Assembly: GCA_002633005.1 (NCBI GenBank)
Contig: NMRA01000240.1
Location: 265,019 to 329,018, forward strand
Reading direction: 5' to 3'
Length of the DNA stretch: 64,000 nt
Source of the DNA: Phoronis australis
Lineage: Eukaryota; Animalia; Phoronida
The position numbers were made by a program, and so were the translations under genes. The first letter of the stretch is position 1, and each line of letters opens with the position of its first letter. Below are positions 25,290 through 37,553 of this stretch, one piece after another. The notes beneath the pieces were generated by a model, which ran no database searches, had not been told where the DNA came from, and saw only the letters and a program-made list of their open reading frames with translations.

Positions 25290-28200
25290 TTTTTTAAAGT
25301 GATATATATTTATTGAAGAATACACAAGACATACAAAGAAATGATGACAAACCCAGAAATCGCAAAGCATTATATCTGGGTTGAAAACAATTCATAAATG
25401 AAATTAATATACATAGAGGTATATACATTTAAGTAGTATTTAATATAAGTATCCCAATATTTAGATATGTTATTGCGAATATATAAAAACAAAAACATGT
25501 ACATATTCATGTATGGAAATCAGAAGCAGCAATATCGATAAACGGTACATAAAAATTTGCTAACTTTGCTTAGGAGGATTTCATTGAGAACAACGTCAAA
25601 GTTAGGACTACCATTCAGTAATAATGTAACTTAAGTAGGGATATTATTACAAGACTTGAGAACATTAAGAATTGATTGGTTTTCATTTAGTGCACGAAAG
25701 ATTGAGTCTCTCAGGTATTAGATTAGGGGACGTTTGAAGAAAATATGAGGATAAGATTGATGGTCACCACATCTACAGTTTGGAGAAACGTTATTAAAGT
25801 TATGCTTAAACTTGTCAGAATTGAGGAAAAGACCACATCTTGATCTGTACAATGCTATTTCGTTATCGTGGAGAAGGGAGAATTGAGTTAAGGGTGCTGA
25901 GTTATCAAAATGGTGAAAAACAGTTCTAAAATTATTTTTATAACCGTAAACAAGTTGCTTTCCTTAACAGAGACTGGAAGAAAATTCCAGTTGTTGATGC
26001 ACATCATGACTGTAGACCTTCTGAATGCCTGACTGAATGACGGAGAAATTGCATATGGGGTGGAGGATCTCAAATTACTGCGATGGTCTTGTGTATTGTA
26101 TAGAGCAAATATTTTTGACAGAGACGTTGTTGACGTTGTTTATTACTTTGAAAGTAAATGTGGTCATGTGAAGATTGCGTCGAAGGGACAGTTTGGGCCA
26201 CTTGAGACTATTCAAAACCTTAACACCATTGGATCCCCGTAAGCTCCGGTTATGAGTAAGGCAGCTTGATACTGTAATTTCTCCAAATGTTGGCCGACTG
26301 ATATATGATATCAAAATAATCGATGTCTGGAAGTATAAATGATTTGAACAAAACTTCTAAATGTGTAGAATTCAGATGACGAGAGACAAACTTAAGTGGG
26401 TTAATTAGTTTCTGAGTTTTTTGTACGAGCTCCCGAACGTGAGGTGTGAATGAGAGTTTTTCATCTAACAGTATACCAAGATGTCTGTGCGACTGTTTTC
26501 TAGGAATGATTTCATCATTAAGTTTAAGGTCATAAGACGGATCAACAAGGAAGAAAACATTAAGAGATTTGGAGAAGGTGAGGTCAACGCTTTTTTCTGG
26601 TTTAAAATTCATTCTCCATTCTTGTGACCAATAGCTGAGTTTATTCAAGTCGTCTTGAAGCTGCAAATAACTTTCAGGGCTGCTCCCTGCGATGGGGTAA
26701 AAAAGCGTCGTGTCATCTGCATAAAGGTATGTGCTACATAACAGGTTATCAGGAAGGTCATTAATATAAACCAAGAAGAGAAGAGGGCCCAATACGCTAC
26801 CTTGCGGTACACCTGCGTTTACAAATCCGGGAGGGATAAAGTTGAAAGTACGCGGTCGACACGAACACTGTATGTTCTATCGGAGAGATATGAGATGATC
26901 ATGTTTAAAAGATTCATGCCATAGGATCGAAGTTTGTGAAGTAGAAGGTCGTGAGGGACACAGTGGAAATCAGAAGCTATATCTAGAAAAATGGACCTGA
27001 CACTCTCGCCCTTCTCAAAATGTAACTGAATGTCATGGACCATTTCAACAAGTTGTGCCGCGGTGCTGTTTCCAGGCCAAAAAAATAAATTGACGATGAT
27101 AGATCAAGTTGTTTTGTGTGAGATATGTAAGAATACTTTGAGCAATGATCTTTTCGAAGATTTTGGATAGGGTGTTAAGTAACGTTATTGGGCGATAATT
27201 TGAAATTTCAGTTCTGGAGCCTCTTTGTGTATAGGAACCATAATTCCACGTTTCCAAGAAGACGGATAAAAACCTAGCTGAAGAAGTTTGTTAAAAAGAT
27301 TGATCAAGGGCATGGTAATATCGTTGGCAATCATTTTGATCATCTTGCTGGTGATTAAACCTGTGTCATCATTCTTATTGGGGTCAATTTCATTGAGATA
27401 CTTCCGGACATCAGTTTGATTAGACAGTTGATTTAGATAACTTCACGAAGAAAGGGAAAGTTACTTTCTTCAGTTGGTGTAATGTGGCTTTTGTTCGTGA
27501 AAATTTGAGAAACAGGTCACACTTGTCACTACTACTTGAGGCTACGTTACCATTGTGGTTGCTGACTGGATAAGAAGATTTTGTTGACTGTCGCGTATTT
27601 TATTGATGATGTTCCAGTATTCTTTGGAGTTCTTGCTTGCACTGATAATTTGTTGAAAAAGCTTTTGGCGGTGATCAGCTTTGGCTTGATTTACTAAAAT
27701 TTCAACCAGGCGTGACTGCTCCTTGTATCTGTTGTAGCTTAAAGTGTTGTTATATTCTGAAAGAGCTGTAAAGTCTGTTTCTTGTGCGGATTGTCCGTTT
27801 AACATTATGGTTGAACCACGGCTGGCTGTTGTGTTTAGTTATCTTTTCAGTTGATGGGATGTTGTTTTTTAAAATTTCATAGAGAGTACTAGTGAAGAGT
27901 GAAACAGTGTCACCAATTTCGCCAGTGTCCATTATGGAATCCCAGTCAGTGTAGGTGCTTCCCTGACGTAATTTGTCGGTGCCAACTTGATCATATTTCC
28001 AAATGGTTCGTGTGGTGTGTTGTTCTTTAAGCGGTTTTTTAGGTGTTAGAGATTGCGTGGTGATCAGAAATGCCAACAGGAGGCAATACAGAACATGAGT
28101 CAATGATACTCAAATTGTTTGTTATGCAGAGATCAATACATGAATGAGAAACGTCGGTGATGCGGGTTGGCTCATTAATTAGCTGTATGCAGTCATTAGA

Positions 28201-29410
28201 CAATAAGATATCAAACAATTGTAGTCCGGCCGTATTGTCATGATCATCATTGTATCATGTAGAGTTTCGGACGTTAAAATCATCATTTATGATTATACTA
28301 CCGCTATTGCGGTTAAGTTCCGCTAACTGATCAGCTAGGGCTTAGAAGTAGAGTTTTCTTGCAGTTGCTGATTGAAAAGGTGATCGATAAAACAATCCAT
28401 ATTAATTTTTTCTGTGACCGAAATGAATTTCGATCCAGCAGCTGCATAACTGAGGACAAGTTAAGCTAGGACATAATTTAAATGTGGGTGTGTTTTTAGT
28501 GAATATGATGATGGCACGGCCACCGTTACTGTGATAGGCTACACTGTAACCAGGAATGATTAGTTCATTATCAAGGTCGTCTTTGGTAACATTACAAGTT
28601 TCACAAAGAGCGGCAATCATGTAATCGTAAGACAGAACAAAGTTTTTTAGAAGTTGTAATCTGGAGAAATTGTTGGATTTAATGCTATTAATATTTGAAA
28701 ATAAGATTTTCAAGGTAGTGTTGTCTTCAGGCCCAGGATTTCCTTCATCATCGCCAGCTAAAAGGAGTCACATGCCAAAGACGATTCCATAATCCATACA
28801 GGTGCTATGTAAACAATAGCGACACACATCAGTAAGCTGAACCTGCATAGCGTGATATCTCGTTAGATGCCCGTGAGAAGAATTAAACTGTGACCATACA
28901 GGGGAAAACATTGTAAGACCAAAGAAACTCACTCTACTCGAGGCACTCAAAGGATAGCCGGATTTAACAATTAATACACCAATGCTTATTTACAATTCAA
29001 GGGGTGTTAAATGAATAAGGTAGTCTGGACAATTAGGGGAGTAAGTTTTAAACAACATACTTATATCATAGGCTCGCTTACAGGTAAATAAATAGCAACT
29101 TAGTTGAAAAGCGCAACATATAAATTCATTCTTGGGAAACCAGTTAGCTCTGCTGCAAGTGAATACAAAACACATATATATTTGAAGACGTAATAAGGAA
29201 AGTCAGTATAATGATTGACCTAAAGATATGTACCGAAGAAATATGACCAATATAGTAACGGACAAAAGAAGGTGAAAAATAAGAGTTTTAACACTCAAAT
29301 GGGCTGAAGAAAACAAAAAATAAACAATGAAGATCTCTCACTATGGATAACTTAGTTCTAACACGTTTTAGAATTGATATAAGGCTATAAGTGCTTACCA
29401 CTATAGGCCA
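25290..29410 (-). mobile_element. Near full-length, disrupted CR1/L2-group non-LTR retrotransposon (APE endonuclease, RT, C-terminal Cys/His motif)
   Basis: Endonuclease start LKILFSNINSI / ALCET, with downstream QPWFN. RT motifs NYRPITLL, FLDI, GVPQGSVLGPLLFLVYINDL and YADDT. AATAAA and an A-tail at 25290-25314 on the minus strand. The 5' limit is approximate. Confidence 0.92.
28729..28767 (-). other. 2A/StopGo-like peptide LLLAGDDEGNPGP immediately upstream of the LINE endonuclease
   Basis: The minus strand reads ctc ctt tta gct ggc gat gat gaa gga aat cct ggg cct, in frame with EDNTTLKILFSNINS. It matches D(V/I)ExNPGP except for D at the V/I position. Confidence 0.8.
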
Positions 29411-30289
29411 CCCAGTAATGACTGATCAGCTCATGTGTTCGGTGTTGTCTTCTGAATTGAAGTTAACTTTCTCACGGATAGGAACACCATTTTTCACTGA
29501 GATTATTTGAACTTGAAACTCATTATAAACTAAATTATGGTGACAGAAAGTGCTCAACGTGATTTTTTCACCGGCAAGATAAAACAGTAATAACTCAATT
29601 AATGTTATGGGGAACCATTCTAAAACCCACAACAAAAATAGCATGTAGCTGTAGATTTTGCACCTGACACAGAGAACAGAGCAAGTGTCTAGAAATTAAA
29701 ACCAATACCATAGTAAGTGAAAGGTGTCAATAACACGACCGAACAGAAATGCCACACAAAATCAAAGTGACGAGTAGGCCTAAGTTTATCCTGGCCAACT
29801 ATTTGGTATGGAGTTTCCTGAAAATCAACGTTCTGCGAAACACAACAGTCGGAAAAAATAATTATTATATACGTGACAGCCACTAAGGCCAGAGCTCACA
29901 TATAAGAATCATTTTCTTATGTGAATACCATACGATGTACGATTCCGTCACACATTCAAATTAAAATGTGGGAAACATGTTTTTTCGACAACCAAAAACA
30001 ACACATTAGTACAGTCTGTAGGCAGTTGCAGAGGTCACGTGAAGGACGTGAGTATGATAAAGACTGATTTCAGTATAAAGTCCATAAGTACAGTACAAGT
30101 ATTGTATTGTAGCTCATGTTTTTCCATGACTTCTAATCAGACCAATAATATACAGCATGACAACTTTGAAACAGTCTCGAGTTCAAAATACAGATTCATG
30201 CACAATGGGTTCTAATCGCTAAGTCTTTGTGGTGCTTTATGAGAAAGACTACCAACTTTTCTTAGGCAAAATCACAACAGAGATAAAAT

Positions 30290-30920
30290 ATGGTGACTGA
30301 TCTAAGTGCTAATGGACTGGCTCAAATATGACACTCTTATGTTAACTGTTCAAAATACAGGTGATCTCGCTTACATGTACCTCTTCATCCCATACTGTAC
30401 ACGTAACTCCTTAGTCTGTATATACAATGTTAGACCATTTTAAAGTAAAAAAAGTGATATTTAATGCGGCTAGAATCTGGTTTAACACTCATCGCCCTGT
30501 TAATTTATACAAAGTAGAATGGAAAACAGGAGATATCTAAATGTGTTAACAGATCTAAATGCCAGTGAATTGGCTCAAGCATGACACTCCTCACAATTCA
30601 GAATTCAGGTGACCTCGGCACCTCCCTTAACTCATCATCATATACCGTAAAAATAACTTGTCATTCTGCTTATGTTGGAACAAGTTAAAATCAAAAATGA
30701 TATTTAAGGTGACTGCAGTCTGCTTTATCACTAGTCATCCAGTTAAGTGGTACAAAATAGCGTGGAAAAACGAGATATCTAAATGTGTTCTTTGATCTAA
30801 ATGCCACTGAATTGGTTCAAGTATGACATTCCCAAAGTTAACCTTTCAAAATACAGGGCCATTTCCTCAACTTGTCATCTTGTATACTACCTGAAACTCG
30901 CCAGTCTTTTTAAGTCACCA
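30290..30920. repeat. Diverged tandem repeat, ~245-250 bp unit, ~2.5 copies
   Basis: gatctaa(g/a)tgc...tgg(c/t)tcaa..atgaca recurs at about 30299, 30553 and 30794. Confidence 0.7.
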
Positions 30921-33900
30921 CCTTTCCTTAAGCTTGTACATAAAGCAGCACTCAGATAAGTCTTCGCTTTTTAGTTAAGTGAGGTTGAGTGTAATATGAA
31001 TTTGAAAGATGAAAACTGAAATACCTGCATCTTTAAAAAAATTGGACAACGAAGTTTCAACCAGAACACTGACTAAATATCCTATATTTTTGTGACAAAA
31101 TCACAAATGTTTTTCTTGCATTTTGCATTTGCCTCAGTTTCCGAGAGTCTACAATATCACGTCAATAACAACTGGTTAAATCACTCATGCAACTCAGCAC
31201 ATTGCACAATGTTCGGGTGAAGATGAAATCCTGAGTATTCTTGGCAATCACTGACTGTCAACTTCATTATCTCCCTAATTTGACCATTTTCCAGCTCGGT
31301 TCAAGCGTGAAAATAAACCTGTATCCTGCTTATCCGTCTTCATGGCTTTGCAGTTCTTGCGCGAGTTGTCTGCTTTGTTGTTCTACTTTCTGAAAAATGG
31401 CAGGTACTTTGTAACACTCTCGAATTATACACTTTTTGAAGAACTCCGCAGAGCCCAGCCACTACACAGGTGTAACTGCCTCTGAGTGATCCAATGATTT
31501 AGCTGAGATAGTTCATTTGACCCACGGCGTGTAATACGTAAAACAACCCTACATGTATGTACAACCGGAAAAAAACACTGTGGATACTTGCTATATTTTT
31601 GCAAGTTTGACCGGATTCCTTTAGACATCAAGAGGATATCATGTCCGTATCCTAAATGTCGATATAGTGGGACTCCTAAAACATAACGACACACTACGAT
31701 TTCAAGAATTACATACTTCACTGACAGCCGAAGTGAAAAGAAATTGTGGCGTGCAGGTTGTCATTTAAAATTGGAATTTAGAATGCTATGACTACAGCGT
31801 TCATCAATAAATGCATATGAAAAGTACTTCCTGTAATGAACTAAAAAGAAGACGCGTAACAACAAGAATGGTTATTGAAAAGTGAAATCAATGAGATATT
31901 GCATTTCCCCTTGCAACACGTGGCCACTAGATGCACATAATCTCGGACTAAACTTACAACTTACACAAGACATTACTAGTAAGTGAACTGAATACCTATA
32001 GGCTAGCCTAGATTGCAACAACGGCGACAGGACAGGTATATCATTTGACTTGGGAACTCAAGACTGTTCATCATTTGTTTACAGTGATGCAGGCATAGGA
32101 CTACTGAATTTCCGTATTGGGCACAATAAAAAGCTCTGTCTATACTGTTCAAAAACAAGTAGTGTTGTTACATTTTTATGATACATGCATGGTCACTCAG
32201 TTTGTGAATTTCCTGAAAGCAGAACCAGTAACTTGCATTGTACGGTACCGTATTAGAATAACAACTGTTGTTTCTAGTGGTGCTAACTGGTTTTCAAAGT
32301 AGGTATCCATAAAACTGACTATTACAGCCAAAATGCTAACATTATGTGATAACTTCAAATTCAAACAAATTAGTAGTATTAGTACTCAACATGTCTAATA
32401 GGAAAGAACACATGCATTGACATTGTTCAATTCCAGTGGAAGTAAGTTGGTTTTAAACATTTCAACCAGCCTCACCACTTGAGGCTTGGCACGCGAGCTA
32501 CTGCTAATGAAATGGGTGTTTGCACAGTCTACTTGGTTTAAATAGAATTCCAAGATGAGCCCGGTAACTTGCCCTTTCCTGTGGTGACTTAGTACTCACT
32601 TCGTGCTGCATCAAGATTTCACACATGTGCACCTGTAGTTGGACACTGGGTTCACGAAAAAAGCAGAAGCAGAATTTTAAAAGAAAATGAAAAAGTAACT
32701 TAAACAAATGCGCCTGACTTAATGACACTAAACTAAATATTAATAAAACAACTTTTGAATCAAAACTGTGCACTTTATTGCTGTTGTAGTGTTCTAAACA
32801 GGTATTGAAGTTGATTTCCGTTCTGGTGTTGGTCAGTGCTGTGCCAGCTGAGATATACGGGCTCAAAATGTGGCGAAATTGCAATGCTTTGTTAACCTCT
32901 GACCCCTCTATGCTTTATGCCTGAAATTTTGAAATTAGTGGCAGAGTTAATTAGTATTGTTTAACATCTCTTTGAAGCCGATGACATGCTAATTTAAAAA
33001 TTAAAAACTAATAATGATCTTGTACACTGGTATTTTTCTATCATGTATTGCAAATAAGGCATTTTCGGTGAGTCCATTGAATAGTTTACCCACAAGATAG
33101 AGGCTCCTTGATTTCTCCCCCTTAAACAAGGTAAAATAAGATTGGACATCACTGTTTTGTTTATCATCCCAAAGGTAACTAAAATCCATGATATGGTTCA
33201 AATCCGTGAAGTTGGGTTTATCACCCTTCTGGGCATTTGTGCCTGCTGTGAGCAGTACTTCTCTCTTAAATTTGGATATGATAGAGTTCTTGCAGTTATT
33301 TATTGATCAAGTTCCTTTTTCATGAAATGCATTTCAAAGATTTAAGCTCTTAAAAGAGATAAGATGTTTGAGAAAAGACCAAAGTTCAATTTAAATGAAG
33401 AACGAAGATGAAAATTCAGGAAAGACCGTTTCATGAACACAACATTCACATAAGTTGCTTTTTGTCGTAACTGAGACAAGTTTTTGACATCGATGAGCAT
33501 ATACCTGTAAGCCCTTTCACCACCTGCTGTAAAATCACGAAAGTTAGCGGTTACGGTTTCAAGAATAATCTCGGTTTTGAAAATTTTAATGCTATTTGCA
33601 ACATTTTGGATACCATTGAGAGCTCGTTTAATTGAGGAGACTATAAAGTATGGCTAGAAAGTATCATCTCGCTGTGCAGATAAGGCGCAGTGCATTGACT
33701 CTACGGTGCAAGACAATCATCAAAATTGAGATTGTTTTGAGTCATTATTTAAAAAAAAAAATGTGAAAATATCACCAACAAAATTTGTTTCTTGACAGTA
33801 CACTCCCAAGCTTCTGTGTAACTTTTTAATTTTTGATCTTATCGAAGACCGATTTCGGTCTTATCTTTCCTCTTAAAAAAATTCATGAAATGGGCTTAGG

Positions 33901-34740
33901 CGATTTCGGTTTAGATTAGACATACATATGTAAAACGTTTTATGAAACGGGTTACTCTTCTGTAAAGTAACAAAAACCCGTTGTGAATTTTGTGATTTTT
34001 GTTCAATTCATGCCGCCAGACATTCGCTGTAAATCATGGTTGGTGACTTCACCAGTTCAATTCATGTACGCTTCAAATACTTTGCCATTTCTCAAGTAGG
34101 ATTTCACTCCGCTAGCAAAGTGTTACTGCGACCGCGCGAGTTGCATCAACGATTCCACGCTGATGATCTCAGAAATTCACTTATGCCCTTTTAGAAAGGA
34201 TAATTCCAAACATAACTGACTCCTTTTGGAAGCCTCGAAGCCTGACGTCGTTTCCAAACATGACTTATACAAATAAAAGCTTAGTCAGTATCGGTGCGAT
34301 AAAATTACTAAATTTGATTGGTTGCTTGGTTCATTTATTTCGGAGCATGCAGATGAATTCTTTCATCATCCAACTTTTTCTGTGTTACCCACCATTAGGT
34401 GAAACATTTTGCTTAGAAGTACTAAACCAGACAAACTTGTGTTCTGAGGTATTGACATCTTTTCTGTAGCGGCGTGTCTGTGCGTTCACATGACATCTGA
34501 TAGGATACCGGATCGGCCCTCGAATCCGTCGTTTGAAAAATCACGTGCAAACGTTTTTCAGGGGGTCTTGCTTACCTTCTCATCGTCCCGACCAAATCAG
34601 GTGTGCTTTTGCTCCCCTACAAGCATCATAACACGTGATTGGCCAAAATCAGCAATTTTAGATATCATACCAAAGTCATACTAGTATCATCAGCCAACCA
34701 TACTCAAAGCAGTTAGTTACATTGTGTGGCTAGACTCCAC

Positions 34741-35745
34741 TGAAGGGTGACTGAAAATAATTTGTTTGATCCAGCTACTAAAAGTAAAGGAGGATGCCGC
34801 CCGATTTAATTAGTTGTTTTACCGTCTTAATCGGTCTACATCCACAACACCTCGTACACGGTCGATCATACCTCGCCGAGAGGTGTCGCGTTAACCCGTG
34901 AGGAAGGTGAGGGACGACGCAGTCAGTGGTTCTTCTGCAGAGTGAGTGCCCCTATAGTGTGGTGTATTGTTCCCGCTTGTGCGAACTATGAAGCTGCGAA
35001 GAAAGCGGGTACATCGTTTTTAAGATTTCTTGGAGAGCCCATAATGCTTCGGAAGTGGTTCGCGGTAATGAAGAATGAAAAGTAGGCCGCTAATACCAAG
35101 TATGAGGCCGCGAAACTTCTCCGTGTCTGTCAGTGGCCTGCATTTCGTCGGATCGGTTGTCGATCAGTTTTTGACTATGGAGAATTGTAGTTGGCCACGA
35201 AAACATAAACAATAACATTTAATTCATGGCGTGAGAACGTAATGTTTATATGACCTATTTGATGACTGACTCGTTTGTGAGCATTATGTTTGGTCCTCTG
35301 GCTGTAGGATGATTTAGCCGGTTCTTTTCCTCAGCCCTAAAATTGCCATAAGTACATCTCTGTTTAGATACGGTGCAAAATCAGGATGGTCCGTGAGACA
35401 CATCTGCGCGTCTCCAAGAAGGCATTTCTCTTGCGGAATTTCGTGGCAGCAAACGCAAGCGTCAGCCGTTTCCATTATCGTGCAGTTAGCTCACTGACAC
35501 CATGACAAATCATTCAAACGGTTTTCGGAACTACCCATATGTTCCGTCGTCTGTGCACGTTCTCGGGACATCTCTATTTTTGACAAGCGTATTGGCCGGT
35601 TCGAACTGATAGCCTGCGAAACCTAACGATCGACGTGTGAAGTCTTCCTCGGATGAGCACTCGTCTAAGTCGGGATTGCTAGTTGTCACGTTGACGTTTA
35701 TTAATGCGCGTTCTGTTTCAAAATGCATTATTCTCACCCTAAAAA
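34741..35745 (+). mobile_element. Old Kolobok deletion derivative (second family): THAP remnant on +, KolX remnant on -
   Basis: Plus strand at about 34950-35150: WCIVPAC...RF...LRKWFAVMKN...RVC..LHF. Minus strand at about 35340-35700: GYQFEP...RLNDLSWCQ*ANCTIMETADACVCCHEIP...CLTDHPDF. Ends GGGTGA / TCACCC are degenerate. Confidence 0.72.
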
Positions 35746-37553
35746 ATGCTTGTATAAAACTGAAACAAAGTCTTTCTCATTAGATGTGATGTGTAATGCC
35801 TTGGAGTATTCGTGAGTGCAAATGTTTTGAGATGCCAGCAATGAATAAATCACTGCGCTACCGGCTTTAGATGCAATAAACTACTTGACTGGACTCCGAG
35901 GCCGTGTGAGCGCACGCTAATTCAGTGTTTGCTGACAGAAAGCGGTTGTCAAACAGTAACTCGATTTTATATTCTATGGTCAGATGTTATGGGAGTCTTT
36001 ATTTAGATATTCATAATGTATATTATACATTATTCGAATCATTGTTAATGTACAACTTCCGCCCTGTAAGCCTGAGTGGTAAGATAATCCGACTTCGCGG
36101 CCACCGACGAGCTAGTAAGTAGATTTGTAGTTTCGCGATTAATTCACCAAAATGACCATGTGCACATGGTGTCTTCAGTCCGGGGGGCAATAGACCCTGA
36201 TCGGGTTCCAAGTCACAGGCCGAGATAGCAAGCGTTTTGTATGTTTAGAACTGTAAAAATTGCAAGTCTAAAATTACAAAACACAGCTATGTTCTCCTGT
36301 CTGTATTTCACGGACGAATAATTTGAATGTATCACGGAACAGACCTCAAACTCCCACGACCGACCTTGGTAAATTGGCCTACTGAACTCTGTAGGCTACG
36401 GTTCGTTCAAATGCCTAAAAATCCGTAACAGTGAAATAAATTAACACGTTTGTTCAATAATTCGATGTATTTGTAAGGGTTTTACTTCGGATCTTGATGA
36501 TTTAGTGGTGTAAACGGTGAATTAAAGCGATAAGTTGACACCAGTAAGCGTGTTGTGAACTGCTGAACAGACTCCATTCGAACCTCTGACGTCATTGGTT
36601 AACTTCAACACCTCTGTCTGCCGTCAGGTGTCAGGTAAAAGAGCTGTACTTGCTGTTATAGAATGGAACCATTCGATCTAAATTGATACAAACTAGGTTG
36701 TTTTGGGTGGCGTTTATGTGAAAACCAGCACCACAATTTTGCCCAAATATAAAAAGGTTGGCAAGAGAGCTAATGCAAATAACTAGCTATTTGGTGGGTT
36801 AAATTATGTATACCTAATACTGTCTTTGTTGGGTGCTTACAAATGCTTTTTGTAGCCTTAGGGACACATACTGGAAATTTAACTGGGGACAATCACATAA
36901 TCATGAGTTTAATGATCATTCTCTAAACAGGTATTTAAAGACCCGGACCATAGATAGAAACTTTGTGTAATCGCTTGCACAACTCGCAAACTTGACGTGG
37001 GTTTGTCAGCTGTACCCCTAAGTGTCATTCAAAACCCAATAGAATCTAACATTCTGAATAGCTTCTAGCTTCTAGGTCTGTGTAATGCTTTGTCCTCCGA
37101 CTATTTCAGTTAAATTTAACAAAATTACTTAGTGAAAGAAGTTTGTGTTTTAGATGATTATTTAGAAAAACTCTCAGAAGGAATCAACTTATCTCCTTCA
37201 AAAATCACAATTACTTAGTACAACATTTTCACCACATTGTAGCGTCCGGTAACAATAAAGAGTTTGTCGCTTGTGAGGACGGTGGGCGATACTGTACTGC
37301 GCCAACAGAGTGCGACGAGTTGCTAAATTCTTGCACAAAATGTGTATCCGGAGCGGAAAAGCACGGAAACTCCTGCAAATGTGAGTCTTGCATGTCTTAT
37401 ATTTTACCTCTAAATATAGGTTATAGCACATACATAGGAACACTACTGCGATATCGTATCGAGACTTCATTTCATCTGGGCATATACCGATGAGATCAAA
37501 GTTCGAGTGCTCATTTCATTTGGGAATGTCCCAACTCCACCAAAGTCGAGATA

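Noticed and set aside
31050-33400. Possible minus-strand multi-exon pseudogene (including ~100 open codons at 33001-33306)
   Set aside because: Stops and frameshifts throughout, no recognisable domain, and no consistent splice model.
36060-36220. tRNA gene (A-box-like GCCTGAGTGGTAAG, B-box-like GGTTCCAAGTC)
   Set aside because: The boxes are too far apart and there is no cloverleaf. At most a decayed SINE head.
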